From Eledone cirrhosa (taxonomy: Eukaryota), in assembly GCA_964016885.1 (NCBI GenBank), contig OZ024742.1:217062001-217126000 (forward strand): a stretch of DNA of 64,000 bases, in the 5' to 3' direction. The position numbers and the translations under genes were made by a program. Below are positions 27,475 to 40,254 of this stretch, one piece after another; within the stretch, counting starts at the first letter, position 1; each line of letters begins with the position of its first letter. The notes under the pieces were generated by a model. The model was not told the origin of the DNA. It searched no databases and saw nothing but the letters and a program-made list of their open reading frames with translations.

Positions 27475-29003
27475 ATCGACTACCCTTCCAAACACCCTAA
27501 CAATAGACTACCTGTATTAGACACGGAACTCTGGATTAACACTATAGACGAGAGAGCCCAAATTCTCCACTCACACTATGCTAAACCCATGGCCTCCAAA
27601 TACCTGATACTCAAAAACTCAGCAATGTCCAGTAGTGCTAAGTTTAATATTCTGATCGCAGATTTGGTACGAGTGATGAAGAATGTGTCCCGCATGTGCG
27701 ACCCAATAGAAATGGAAAGACACATCCAACACTTCATCAACCGCATGCAGTTCTCTGGCTGCAACCAAAGAGACAGAGTTAGAGTATACGAAGGAGCCAT
27801 GGAGAAGTATAAGACCCTCATAGAACTGGACATGAAAGGAATTTGCCCATTATACAGGAGCAAATCATGGAATAGCTTAGATAGGACTAGACATAAGATA
27901 CGACAACCAGAGATACCAGAGTGTCATGTTTGTGGACGCTACCCCTGGAGGGAAATTAGCTAACCAGTGTAGAAAGGCCCTGAGAAAGACCCACTTAAAG
28001 ATTAAGGTGGTAGAAAAGCCAGCAACTACCATAAAATCCCTGATCAGCAAAACCTACCCTTTTAAGAAAACCCACTGTACTAATAGGAAATGAATGATAT
28101 GTAAGGTAAAGCCCCGGATAAACTGTAAAACTAGAAACGTAGTCTATAGCATAAGATGTACAGAGGGTACTTTCAGAAACATGACAACAACATACATAGG
28201 CGAGACAGCTCGTAGCATAGGTGAAAGGATAGACCAACACTGGTGGGAACTAAAAGGACGAAAAAACGGATCAGTACTATACGAACATGCCAGACAACAA
28301 CACGACGGTAACATAGACAACATAGAAATTAGAATAATATCTAAACATAGAAATGACCCAGCAGATAGGCAAATCAGAGAGGCCAGTGAAATAGAACTTA
28401 GAAGGCCAAGACTAAACAGAAAGAATGAATGGAATAACAACAACACCCAAACAAACAACACTGACCTAAGAGAAGTATAAATAAATAAATAAATAAATAG
28501 ATAAATAAATAAATAAATAAATACACAAGCACAATAACAACAAACACATATAAACACACACTAGAGAAGATAGAATACATTAACCGATACACAGTCACCC
28601 AATCACGAACACACATCAAACAAAACACTATACACACACGCAAACGCATGCGCAAAGAAGACAAAATAAAATAAACAAACAAACAAATAAATAAATAAAT
28701 ATATAGACAGACTAAATAAAAATGGCGTAGACATACAATGTAACGGGAGGAAACAATAGCACCACTGACGATGTTGCAGATGTGCAACGAAAGATTTATG
28801 ATAAACTATATATATGTGTTTGTGTCTATATTGTATCTGTATTATTGTTGACCGTTGGTCAGTCAATGGCAACATTGAGGACCGAATAAATTAGATTACC
28901 GATATAAAAGACACAGAAGCGAAAAGCGAAAACCAACCAAACAGTGAGTGTGTTCTGTTATTAATTCTGGCAATATTACACAAATATGACCCTCCCCAAG
29001 TAT

Positions 29004-29009
<6 letters not shown>
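27475..29009 (+). mobile_element. Naiad-like PLE 3' portion (thumb, Cys finger, GIY-YIG, 3' UTR with HHR at 28760-28803)
   Basis: DYPSKHPNNRLPVLD...HYAKPMAS, SVMFVDATPGG, KVVE, VVYSIRC...YIGETARS..ER..H, LNRKNEW; frameshift near 27900; clade assignment is from motif recall. Confidence 0.85.
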
Positions 29010-29084
<75 letters not shown>

Positions 29085-29091
29085 CATACAT

Positions 29092-30241
29092 AAGTGTTGA
29101 AGTTTCCGTGGAAAAAGTAAAAGGAATGAAGAGTGCTCTATGTAAGTAACAGAGCTAAATATTTAATGTATAATAGACAACACAGTATAATTACCTCATT
29201 ACCCGAGGTTACCCGAACAGGACGAACACATTCGTTCGTCAGATAAGGCAATATAACATAGTGAGATATTTGAAAATAGCTCATCAAGAAAGGCTAAAAT
29301 GTTTAACGGACAAAAAATATAAATAAAAGTAATAAGACAAAAAGTATATAAAAAAAAAATATAAAAATAAAGGAATATAATGAGATGATGTGTGTATATG
29401 TACATATATATGCGCATGTGTGTATATGTACATACATATGTACATACATATGTATAGTGAAATTATGTATGCGTAAGTACATACATGAGGGCAAATATAG
29501 TGGTATGACCACAAATACACACATATATATATGTTAAATATATTGCTTTATCTATTACACCCCCTCACTTACTTTCTCAATGCCTTAATTTTTATTAATT
29601 TTTATTATTTATTATATTTTTTATTTTTATCTTATATATTTTTTTCTTATATATTTTTATCTTATATATTCATCATATTTTATATTTGTATCGACCTTCC
29701 GTCTGACTCTGCGTATGACTTTATACACTCCCTTCCCTGTGTATATTATATACATGTATGTGGTCGCGTGTATATATGTCTGTTTACGTTTGTATGTGTA
29801 TATATATCAGCCTTAATCTTTGCGTCTGCATGTACGCAAACTTCATTATTTTACAATTTCTATTTTTAACATATATGTGTGTATTTGTGGATGTACTTAC
29901 GCATACATATTTTCACTATACACATGCAGTTGTACATATACACACATGTACATATGTACATATGTATGTACATATACACACATGCGCATATATATGTACA
30001 TATACACACATCATCTCACTATATTCCTTTATTTTTATTTTTTATATATTTTTTGTCTTATGACTTTTATTTATATTTTTTGTCCGTTAAACATTTTAGC
30101 CTTTCTTGAGCTATTTTCAAATATCTCACTATGTTATATTGCCTTATCTGACGAACTAATGTGAACGTCTCTTGTGTTCGTCCTGCTCGGGAAACCTCGG
30201 GTAATGAGGTAATTATACTGTGTTGTTTATTATACATTAAA

Positions 30242-30243
<2 letters not shown>
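29092..30243. mobile_element. Non-coding inverted pLTR element with HHRs at 29193-29249 (minus) and 30142-30209 (plus)
   Basis: Arms ~29162-29530 and ~29870-30241; CCTTAT-CTGACGA...GAAA-CCTCGGG-TA-ATGAGG; (TA)n flanks. Confidence 0.8.
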
Positions 30244-30297
<54 letters not shown>

Positions 30298-30302
<5 letters not shown>

Positions 30303-30587
30303 ATACTTGGGGAGGGTCACATTGTTGTGATATTGTCAAAAATAGTAACAGAACACACTCACTGTTTGGTTGGTTTTCGCTTCTGTATCTTTTATATCTC
30401 CATAGTTAATTCATTTGGCAATCAATGTTTATCATTGATTGACCAGCGATTAAAAATACAGATATAAATATATATATATATAGTCTATCAAAGTTCTTTT
30501 GTTGCACATCTGCAACATCACCAGTGGTACTATTATGTTTCCTCCTATTGTGTTGTATTATATTGTATGTCTACGCCATTTTTATTT

Positions 30588-30642
<55 letters not shown>

Positions 30643-30825
30643 TCCATGCCTCTGTCTCTGCACATGCGTTTGCGTGTGTGTATAATGTTTGGTGTGTGTG
30701 TTCGCGTTTGAGTGTATGTGTTTTTGTTTTCGTATTCTATCTTTGTGCACTAGTGTGTTTTTATATGTGCTTGTTGTTATTGTACTTGTGTATATATTTA
30801 TTTATTTATTTATATTTCCCATATT
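30298..30825 (-). mobile_element. Naiad-like PLE 3' UTR copy
   Basis: Reverse complement of about 28480-29009; HHR core decayed. Confidence 0.8.
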
Positions 30826-30833
30826 TCAATAAC

Positions 30834-30918
<85 letters not shown>

Positions 30919-31012
30919 TATTATTTATTAGAAAGTGAGGGGTTTTTTACAAAATGAAAAATAACCGAGGTGTCCTACACGAGTGAAAGTATAAGGAAAA
31001 AAGATGAAATCG

Positions 31013-31059
<47 letters not shown>

Positions 31060-31275
31060 GACTGATAAATTTCAAAAAGACGGTAAAATGCGGTAAAGGG
31101 TGATAAATAAAACAAAACGAAGTAATGTTTCACACGACCCCTTTTTTTTTTCAAATATAAAACGGAAACGGTTCAAAACAAAAATGAACGATGAATGTTT
31201 TCTTCCTTAACTGGTCCTCAGACACGTTGTGGCTGTGGTGGTTGGGTATTGTGGGAGGTGGGAGGTGGCGGCGAC

Positions 31276-31328
<53 letters not shown>

Positions 31329-31695
31329 GGGGATTTAAATATGTAGTTTAGAGCTTCAGCATATTTCAAAATCTGGGTTTAACAAAACGAAAGAAAAATG
31401 GAAGGTAGATAAAGGGGAAAATACTAAACCATATGAAACAAATGTTAAATTAATAGAAAATATAAGGATAAACGGATTGGAGTAAAAATGAAGAATAACA
31501 ATAATTGTAATAATTTATATATGAAAGTAGGAAAATTGACGTAGAAAGAGAATAACTCCATATATGGAACCAGTGTGGTGATGAACGTAATTTGTGTATA
31601 TATGGCAGTGTGTGGTAAGTTTTATTCTTCGTCTCTAAATTATATTATATAGATTTGCCAGATAGAATCAGGATCATTATATTTTTTTTTTTTTT

Positions 31696-32043
31696 GTTAA
31701 CCCCGGCGGGATTTGAACTACGGTCTGAGTTCAAATCCCGCCGAGGTTAACTTTCACACTTACAGGGTCGATAAAATAAAGTACTAGTAATGCACTGGGA
31801 TAATTGCTGGCCTTGTGCTAAAAGTAGAAACAATTATTATTATTGCTACTGTAAATAATTGTTTCTACTTTAGGCACAAGGCCAGCAATTACCCAGTGCA
31901 TTACTGGTACTTTATTTTATCGACCCCGTAAGGATGAAAGGCAAAGTCAACCTCGGCGGGATTTGAACTCAGATCGTAAAGGGACGTAACTATGCTGGAA
32001 AGCATGGCGTCCGACCCTCTACTGATACTGCCAATCCACCGCC
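31696..32043. mobile_element. Two SINEs tail-to-tail (31720-31837 plus, truncated with fold-back; 31855-32043 minus)
   Basis: SINE consensus; TACTGTAAATAAT target duplication around the minus copy. Confidence 0.9.
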
Positions 32044-32589
32044 TGTTACTGTAAATAATGTCATGTTTATACAGTTTTTATCATTAATAATAATAATGAT
32101 GACAATTATAATGACGACTTCTACCTATAATATATAAATTATAGGTAGAACCTTTATCTTTGTGCATAAAAAGTTTTTCTTTTACTCTTAAGTCAAAGTT
32201 AGTTAAATCGGGGAATAGATTCAGTCTATCCCTTTTCCTACATTCAGTAATGGAAAAGCAGTTTAAGAATTAGGGGCACGCTAAGATCTATGGTGTTAAG
32301 GTTAGGAAGGAGAGGGAAGACGCTATAACTATCCACCTGGAAAATGAATAGTAGAACACCGTTCTCTTTGTACGCCCTCTCGTGTCTAATATTGTTATCA
32401 CTGAAGTAAGTCACAGCGGGATTTGTAAAGAGCCAGAACAAATATTGCAAGCCATCATTATCCGGCGCTCTAGCTCTTTCGCCAATCCATCGTCTTTATT
32501 TTATCGACTCCGAGAGGATGAAAGACCAAGTAAAAATATAGTAATTTGATAACTGCTCTACTGTTGGTGCATTGCTAAAGTCTAGTTTT

Positions 32590-33470
32590 CTTTCTAATGT
32601 TAGATGTGTATTTTCCTTTAAATATTTTTGCTTATCAATCCTAGTTCGGTTTCTTTTATTTATTGTATAATTTGTATTGGTGAACATTAGCAATATCATC
32701 TCCTGTTCTTTTAAAGATAAGCTTCTCGTTTAGCTACTCTTTTAGCTTATATTACTTAATTGAATCTAATTTAATTTTCTTAGCTATATGTATAACTTCC
32801 TCGTTTATGTTGTATTTGTCGTCCTGTAATTATTAATTGTCATTAAAGACTAGTTGTCTATATTTATCAATTGGTTTAAAAACATTAGAAATTAAATTAG
32901 TATCAAATTTGCAATTTGATATTGTAAATTTAAATCCTTTGATATCTAAATCTTTCCTAGAATACACCAAGATATTACATATACGTGGATGAAATAGATT
33001 TAGAAATGATCATGTACACCCGTAAGCCCTTACTCAGCCTGAATCAAAAGGTTAAAGCCGCAGATGTATTTGATGTCAGTATGGGAGCATATGACATTCC
33101 GAACATAAGTGATTTATGCAAACAAAATAAACTAAAATAAATTTCGTGAACTCCAACATTGGTTTCTAATGATCTCCACCTTCAGTAGTTTAGGATTAAA
33201 AATAATTATAGCTATCAATCTTAGTAGTGCAGATTTCTCGGATGTCACATTTAACTTGACATATAAAAAGACATTTAACTTGACATAAAACGTCAGATAT
33301 AAGCCTTTTTATAAACCTAATGGAAAATTAATGTATATCAATAAACACTCGTGTCATCTACTCATAGGCTTTAAAGATCTTGAAACCAACGAGAGTAGAA
33401 TTGCAACCTTATCTTTCTCCCATGAAAGCTTTTATAACAGCACTTCAGCCGACCGCGGCTTCGATGAGAA
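32590..33470. pseudogene. Old degraded YRDD-type PLE RT with an internal inversion
   Basis: Plus strand FDVSMGAYD, DVTFNL, YKPFYKPNGKLMYINKHS; minus strand INEEVIHIAKKIKLD. Confidence 0.6.
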
Positions 33471-33493
33471 ATAAATAAATATATATGAGTGCG

Positions 33494-33560
<67 letters not shown>

Positions 33561-33656
33561 GTGTGTGTGTGTGTGCGTGTGTGTGTGCGCGTGTGTGTGT
33601 GTGTGTGTGTGCGTGTGTGTGTGTGCGTGTGTGTGTGTGCGTGTGTGTGTGTGTGC

Positions 33657-33687
<31 letters not shown>

Positions 33688-33701
33688 TGTGTATGTGTGT
33701 G

Positions 33702-33764
<63 letters not shown>

Positions 33765-34183
33765 AAGACCGTCAATTGCCCAAATCTGAACGTAAATACA
33801 TCTAAAAGTATCCACGAATAGATTAAATGCAATAACAGCCTAACCTACTAAGGGACAATTACGCCAGAGTTCTGTCAACGGGGATCTCAGTCTCCATGGT
33901 ATCAATGCATATAAATAAGACCGTAAATTGCCTAAACTTGAACATAAATATATCTAGAAAAAAAAGGTTATTCAGGAAATAAGACCGTCGATTGTACTCG
34001 CCCGTAAACACTAGGAAAATCCAAGCTAGCTTTGATCTCAAACATCATCCCTATTTCCTGACCCTTATAGAATTATAGAATGGGGAGATACCAAGCTGCA
34101 GCTGTCATAATTATGCAGTTTCCGTATAATAAAAATTATTATTATCTCTCTCTCTTTCTCTCCCTCTCTCTCTCTTTCTCTCC

Positions 34184-34260
<77 letters not shown>

Positions 34261-34263
<3 letters not shown>

Positions 34264-34752
34264 TTGTCCCCTGGTATTCGCGGTGGTTACGTTCCTAGAA
34301 CGCCCACGAAGAGTGAAAACCGCGAATATATAAAAATGCCTTAAAACGTCAAAACATAACGTAAGATATCGGCCGGAAAATATATATATATCGTTATTAG
34401 TAATTGGTGGTGGATTGGCAGTGCCATGCTTTCCAGCATAGTTACGTCCCTTTACGATCTGAGTTCAAATCCCGCCGAGGTTGACTTTGCCTTTCATCCT
34501 TACGGGGTCGATAAAATAAAGTACCAGTAATGCACTGGGTAATTGCTGGCCTTGTGCCTAAAGTAGAAACAGTTATTAGTAATTTAGCGTTAAAAAGCGT
34601 GAAAAAATATATATTTCCACGAAAAAAAACATAAAAATCGCGGAAGATATTTACGATTCTGCGAAAATGCAGTGGTTTCCACGAACAATTATTAGTTAGG
34701 TTCTAAGGAAAATTCCGCGAATAATCGGGACCGCAAATGACGGGGTACACTG
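34261..34752. mobile_element. Tigger/pogo-like MITE
   Basis: TA|CAGTTGTCCCC...GGGGTACACTG|TA ends and subterminal TATTCGCGG/CCGCGAATA motifs. Confidence 0.75.
34406..34571 (+). mobile_element. SINE nested in the MITE
   Basis: 13-bp target duplication GTTATTAGTAATT. Confidence 0.9.
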
Positions 34753-35539
34753 TATATATATTAAAATCTGGTAAAAGAGACGATGAACTACCTAGGGACA
34801 GTCAATGCAAGAGATTAAAAACATCTATTTGTCATCTCTGGCTTTGAGAATAACAAAAATATGAGTAAACCTGAAGTTGATTTGACAGGGAAAGGTGTCG
34901 CCAAACGAGGGGCTTTGTCTGGCGGGGTGAGAACACACTGAAGCGCAGTGACGAAGGAAAATAGTCAAACATTGGACATACATTCATCATAAATTTTGTC
35001 TCCGTAATTTTGCAATCAGAACTTATAATCAAACGAGAATATCGGTTAGTTTTAGATGGTGCCATTACATAGAATGGTCACAAATACCTGGATACGGGCG
35101 AGAATATATACATAGAGGAAGGGTAGTTACAAAAGAAGCTGGAATGAAAAACCAAGGTGGTGGGAGGGTCGATAGATATAGTTGGAAAAGTATTAAAAAA
35201 AGTGTCATACATAAACATTGAAAGAAATATTGGAAAAGAAAGTTTAGAAAAATGAAGAAAGGTGAGATGGTGCCAATCACATAGAATCAATCTGGTGTGG
35301 CAAGGAATGGCCGGGAAATTGACTTTCCCAGTTTGTAAGCAGGGGCTTCTCAATATGACGCCAAATCTTTAATTTAATATTTCCATCTTGCAGTTGAGCT
35401 TGTCACTGGAGATTTTCAAAGGGACAAAACTTGCTTTTCTGGATCCGTGTATATTGGCCTTATGTTTCTCAAACACTGCTCATTTGATTTTATAGTCTTT
35501 CTGTTTGATTGTTTTTCTCAAGGAACCCGAAATAACAGC

Positions 35540-35815
35540 CGAAATCACCTTCAAATCCTACCCTACCGTAAAAAGATAGTAAGATTTGCTGGCCACTGCC
35601 ATCGTTCCACCTATGAGGCTGTGTCCCCATTAGTGCTTTGGAAACCACAAGCAGTCACTAATAGCAGGGGGCGCGAGCTCTCCTATCCCGATGTCATCTC
35701 CAGAGATTCTGGTATTGGAATCCAGGATTTGGCAGCGACAATGAACGACAGACCCACGTGGAGATCAATTGTTGAGTCGATTTCGGCTGAGGCTGCCGGA
35801 GGATGGTGATGAAAT
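35540..35815 (+). mobile_element. RTE LINE 3' fragment
   Basis: RFAGHCHRS...LVLWKP...SYPDVISRD...MNDRPTWR. Confidence 0.75.
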
Positions 35816-35944
35816 GAATAAGGATGCATTTCAGGCATTTTAGCTCTTTATATTAAAAACGATGTCATAGCTTTGGCTAGAGCCTTTATTGCCTGTTCGA
35901 TCATAGCAGATGTTGGTAAAAAGAGCACATACAATCCGAAAGTA

Positions 35945-36265
35945 ATAGAGAGAGGGCGGCTAATGTTCTGTTAGTGAGGGTGTAGCTAACGTTCTATTAA
36001 AGAGGGCGTGGTTAATGATCTATTAGAGAGAGAGTAGTTAATGTTCTATTACAGGGGATGTGGCTAATGTTCTATTAGAGAGGGTGTGGTTAATGTTATA
36101 TTAGAGAGGATGTGGTTAATGTTATATTAGAGAGGATGTGTTAATGTTATATTAGAGAGGGTGTGGTTAATGTTATATTAGAGAGGGTGTGGTTAATGTT
36201 ATATTAGAGAGGGTGTGGTTTATATTCTATTAGAGAGGGTGTGGTTAATGTTCTATTGGAGAGGG
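35945..36265. repeat. 26-bp minisatellite
   Basis: Unit TATTAGAGAGGGTGTGGTTAATGTT(A/C), about 11-12 copies. Confidence 0.9.
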
Positions 36266-36575
36266 ATTGACTTAAATTCTAATATCCTATTCACGAGCTC
36301 AGCCTGAAAACATTAAGCTTAATGCAACTTCGACCCAAGACCGCCCATCTCTTCTTCTCTCGTCAACCATACAGTTTCTATCCCTACTCTCAGACTATTT
36401 TAAACACTCCATTCTTCCCAGAATATCAACGCATTGAAATTCCCTTCTCACATAAGATTTCTTCTTTTCTTTTTTCCTGTAGACGCCAACTTACAGATGC
36501 TGATATTGAATATCAAATACATCAATCTTGTCAATATCTGAGAGCTTGACATGGTCGTGAGCTTATCCCCTACAT

Positions 36576-38442
36576 CAGAGGTTCGCAAACTTTTGTGTGT
36601 GCCCCCCCCCCCCCCCCCCTACACACACACACACACACCCAACCTCGTGGCCCCGTAATATACCCAACCCATTTCCAGAGAGAACTGCCCACATGCAAAT
36701 TGTAAATTATATATAATAAATAAAATTGTTAATTTATATATAATAAATAATTGTTTCTACTTTTGGCACAAGGCCAGCAATTACTCAGTGCATTACTGGT
36801 ACTTTATTTTATCGACCCCGTAAGGATGAAAGGCAAAGTCAACCTCGGCGGGATTTATATATAATAAATAATACAATATATACTATGTGTAAATAAATAT
36901 TATATAACTTTTTATTTTACTATATTTATATATATGTTTTTACATAGTTGTACTTTATATTCCTAATATTTCGACAGATGAATTATTCAGAACGACGCTG
37001 CGCACCAGGTCCGAACACACAAGAGCTGAACTCCCACTGCCATCGCCTCCATCTCCTCGCCCTCCCCATCTCTCTGTATTATGAACAAATGGGGTCTCAC
37101 GTGCTGGCCGCCCCACGGCCCCGGCGGACAGAATGGAGAAGGCGTTTCCCCGGAGGGTAGTGAAGGAGATGCGCTGAAACAGCCATTTCATCTCTCGAGG
37201 CTCACACCTACGGCTAGTCAGCTCAGCGCCTATGGTGGTAAGTAGGGAGGTAGCCCTAGGGCCAGGGACACCAGAAGTTTCCATCACTAGGGGCTCGACC
37301 GCAAACCTGTCGGAGAGCGACCGATACTTGGAGAGGAAAGACCACCCTCCTCAGCCCGAAGTGCAGCAGAACCTGGTTCAGTCGCAGATTGCACCAGGTT
37401 GCGGCTGGAGAATGTGTCACTGCAAGTGGCATACCAGACGAGGGGTTTGCCACCGCGGAGCGGGAAGATGGTCATACCGTCTGGCATTTTGTCGTCCCCT
37501 CGGTCCAGCCCCACCGGCTCGAGCTCGGAGAGGAAGCCTGCAGCATCCAAGCCAAGCTTTATGACCTTGTTGAGGGCAGCATAGCGTGGGAGGCGGGTGG
37601 AGGCCGAAAGAGTCCACGGTGGATCCACAGCGACATTTGTGGCCAATCCTCAGGGAAACCCCGATGAGCAGGCTAACGTTGTCCAGCTGCGTGCCAGTTG
37701 AGAAAGAAGGTAAGGCATGGAGCCAGGCATCGCTGTGGGGTTGTGCTGGCGCGCTAGCCTTTCTAAGACCAGGTTGCACTGGATGGCATCCCAAATAATC
37801 TAGGGGCACTTGACGTCAGCAGGGGGAGAAGAAGGATGGATGTCTACTGGGCTAAGTCCAAGCCGGTTCCACGTCTCGAAGGCGGCCTTACGTTCCTCGA
37901 TCACAGTGGGTTCCATTGTGTTTAGGAGAACCTTGTTGACAAGGACGCGGCATGAAGTTACTGACGAAAGAAACGCCGGCAAAGCCAGTGAGATCAGGGA
38001 CCGGAGACCAAGGCCACCCTATCTAACAGGTAAAGTGACCTGTTGCCATCCAATGTCGTTAAACCTGACGTTGCATATCTCCTCAGCTGCCGTTCGGATA
38101 CAAGTGTCCAGGTTAGCAAGGAGAGATGCGTGGCTGTAGCACCGAGCGCTACGAAGAGTATAGAGGAGTTTCGGCATGGCGAAACAGTTCCTTAACAGGA
38201 AGAGGGCTGGGTGTGCGTCAGTCATGCCCAGTCGGCTCGTGAGGGTCTTGAGTTGCTGGAGCCTGGATCTGATGGTGGAGCGGATGGCTGGCGGGTGGAT
38301 CTGTGAACCGAGGTTGAGGATATCCTCTTTGGGGGTCATATTTAATATACTAATACACCATCTTTACCGCCACCACCCCAGTGCCCCCTGGACTTTCTCA
38401 ATGCCCCCCAAGGGGCGATAGCTCCCACTTTGAGAACCTCTG
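36576..38442. mobile_element. hAT (Charlie-like) non-autonomous element with nested SINE and CRE fragments
   Basis: TIRs CAGAGGTTCGCAAA / TTTGAGAACCTCTG; flanks CCCTACAT / CTCTAAAT (6/8 match, decayed 8-bp TSD). Confidence 0.7.
36900..38340 (-). mobile_element. CRE-clade LINE 3' fragment (RLE endonuclease)
   Basis: LLRNCFAMPKLLYTLRS, QVTLPVR.GGLGL, AWLHALP, CRCG, EPVGLDRGDDKMPDG...WYATCSDT, LFQRIS...RGNA; frameshifted. Confidence 0.85.
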
Positions 38443-38874
38443 CTCTAAATCATGGCTAAATCATATATTTTTTTTAAATTATGATTAAACACAATAGTTT
38501 AACGGGAGATATCATTAAACCAGAGATAAACGAAACCGTATCTCATAATTTCGATATGATATATGCGACAAACAGTATGCAATTATTTGCTGCTTCTATA
38601 CTGCTATATGTTATTTTATGTATGAACACAGAGGCTGATATAATCGTACAAATTTGTTGGTAGCGATCCCAGCCTATAGAAAGCTTTAAAAGATAACCTT
38701 TGAAAATTTTTGAAAAGATATTCTGACCAGTGAAGTTGCTGGAAGTCTTTCGAATTATTAAGCTAAATTTGTACTGACGCAACTTATTGAATTTTGTATA
38801 TGAGTTGTCTTATTTAAGTCGAGTTAGTTATTAATATAACCATTTTGTGTATATCTTTCTCTTTTCACAGAATA

Positions 38875-39002
38875 TCTTCTTCTTCTTCTTCTTCTTCTTC
38901 TTCTTCTTCTTCTTCTTCTTCTTCTTCTTCTTCTTCTTCTTCTTCTTCTTTTTCTTCTTCTTCTTCTTCTTCTTCTTCTTCTTCTTCTTCTTCTTCTTCT
39001 TC
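38875..39002. repeat. (TTC)n microsatellite
   Basis: Directly visible. Confidence 0.95.
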
Positions 39003-39418
39003 AGCATCTACTGAAAGCCTTTGTCGAATACAATTGGCAATAACATCCATCATAGTGAAAGTTCTAGTGAGGTTACCTAATAAGCTCAACTCCAACAACA
39101 ATGATTGGGATTATAACTAATAAAATCTAGAAATAAAATGAGTTGCATCCATTATGGAAAATATAATATATTTAAACATGTATCGTTGCCGGGAACGGCG
39201 TTTTTCATGTCCGTACTGATGATGTTTCGCTTGCTTAGGATGAAACCAATATCTGCTGTGCAATATAATTATTCTACCATGCAGCTAGGTACCATCCCCG
39301 AACAACAGTCAAAAATCGTTGATAGACTATGTTAGTCAGGAACAACTTTGTACTGTTAGTTTCTGATTCGGAATATGGTTCATTTCTTTCTTGTCATTAA
39401 TATGGGTATTACTATATC

Positions 39419-39550
39419 AGGCGGCGAATTAGTGGAGTCGTTAGAACGTCGGATATAATGCTTTGTGGTATTCGTTCTCTGCTTTTCAATTTTGCTTTTC
39501 ATCCTTTCGGGGTCAATAAAAAAAATACCAGTCTAGTACTGGGGTCGATT
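39419..39550 (+). mobile_element. Diverged SINE
   Basis: GGCGGCGAATTAGTGGAGTCG head and TTTCATCCTTTCGGGGTCAATAAA core. Confidence 0.7.
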
Positions 39551-40254
39551 CTTCTTCTATGTCTCTTTCTTACTTCCTCTCTTTTATTCTCTATCCTTCT
39601 CTGGAAACGCCATATAACACTACAGCGCCCCTACGACTCCGTCAGGAATTATGGGACCATACCATTGTATTATTCAATCGTCAGGTCACTTCCTTCTTCA
39701 TATACATTCTGCCATCCACCGTCGATAAATACCTTGATTGGAGACTGAACACAACCAACATAGCATGTAATTTCAATTGTTCTCTTTTTAAGTTGTGAAT
39801 TCAATGAATAATATTTGAAGCTACATCAGACATATATTGCTGTTGTTGTTGTTGTTGTTTCTTATATAGAAGTCTAATTAAGCGCTAGGAAGGATGATTG
39901 GAAGTATAACATTTCTAAAATAGACAGAAACTGTATGGAAGAAAAAAGAATAATGCTACAAATATTACACAAAGTAGTTCGCAAACATTAATAATCAATG
40001 ATTCCTTACTTATAATTAAACACAACATTGCACTAAATAGAAGATAACTATCTGGTTCCGAACAAAAAAAAACTTATGCTTATACGAGTAATAATTTATA
40101 CAAGTAATTACTTTAGGTTTTCATCTTTTGTTCCTCCCACTCATAGGCCGTATTATCTCTGACTTTTCTAATAACCATCTACTATTCAACTCCTCGTTCT
40201 CCTATTAATGCCAATCATTACAGGGGAACTGGAACTGTAGCAAAGCAATCGAGT

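Noticed and set aside
32244-32340. LRR-like exon (FPLLPNLNTIDLS) on the minus strand
   Set aside because: Single motif, weak donor and no supporting neighbouring exons
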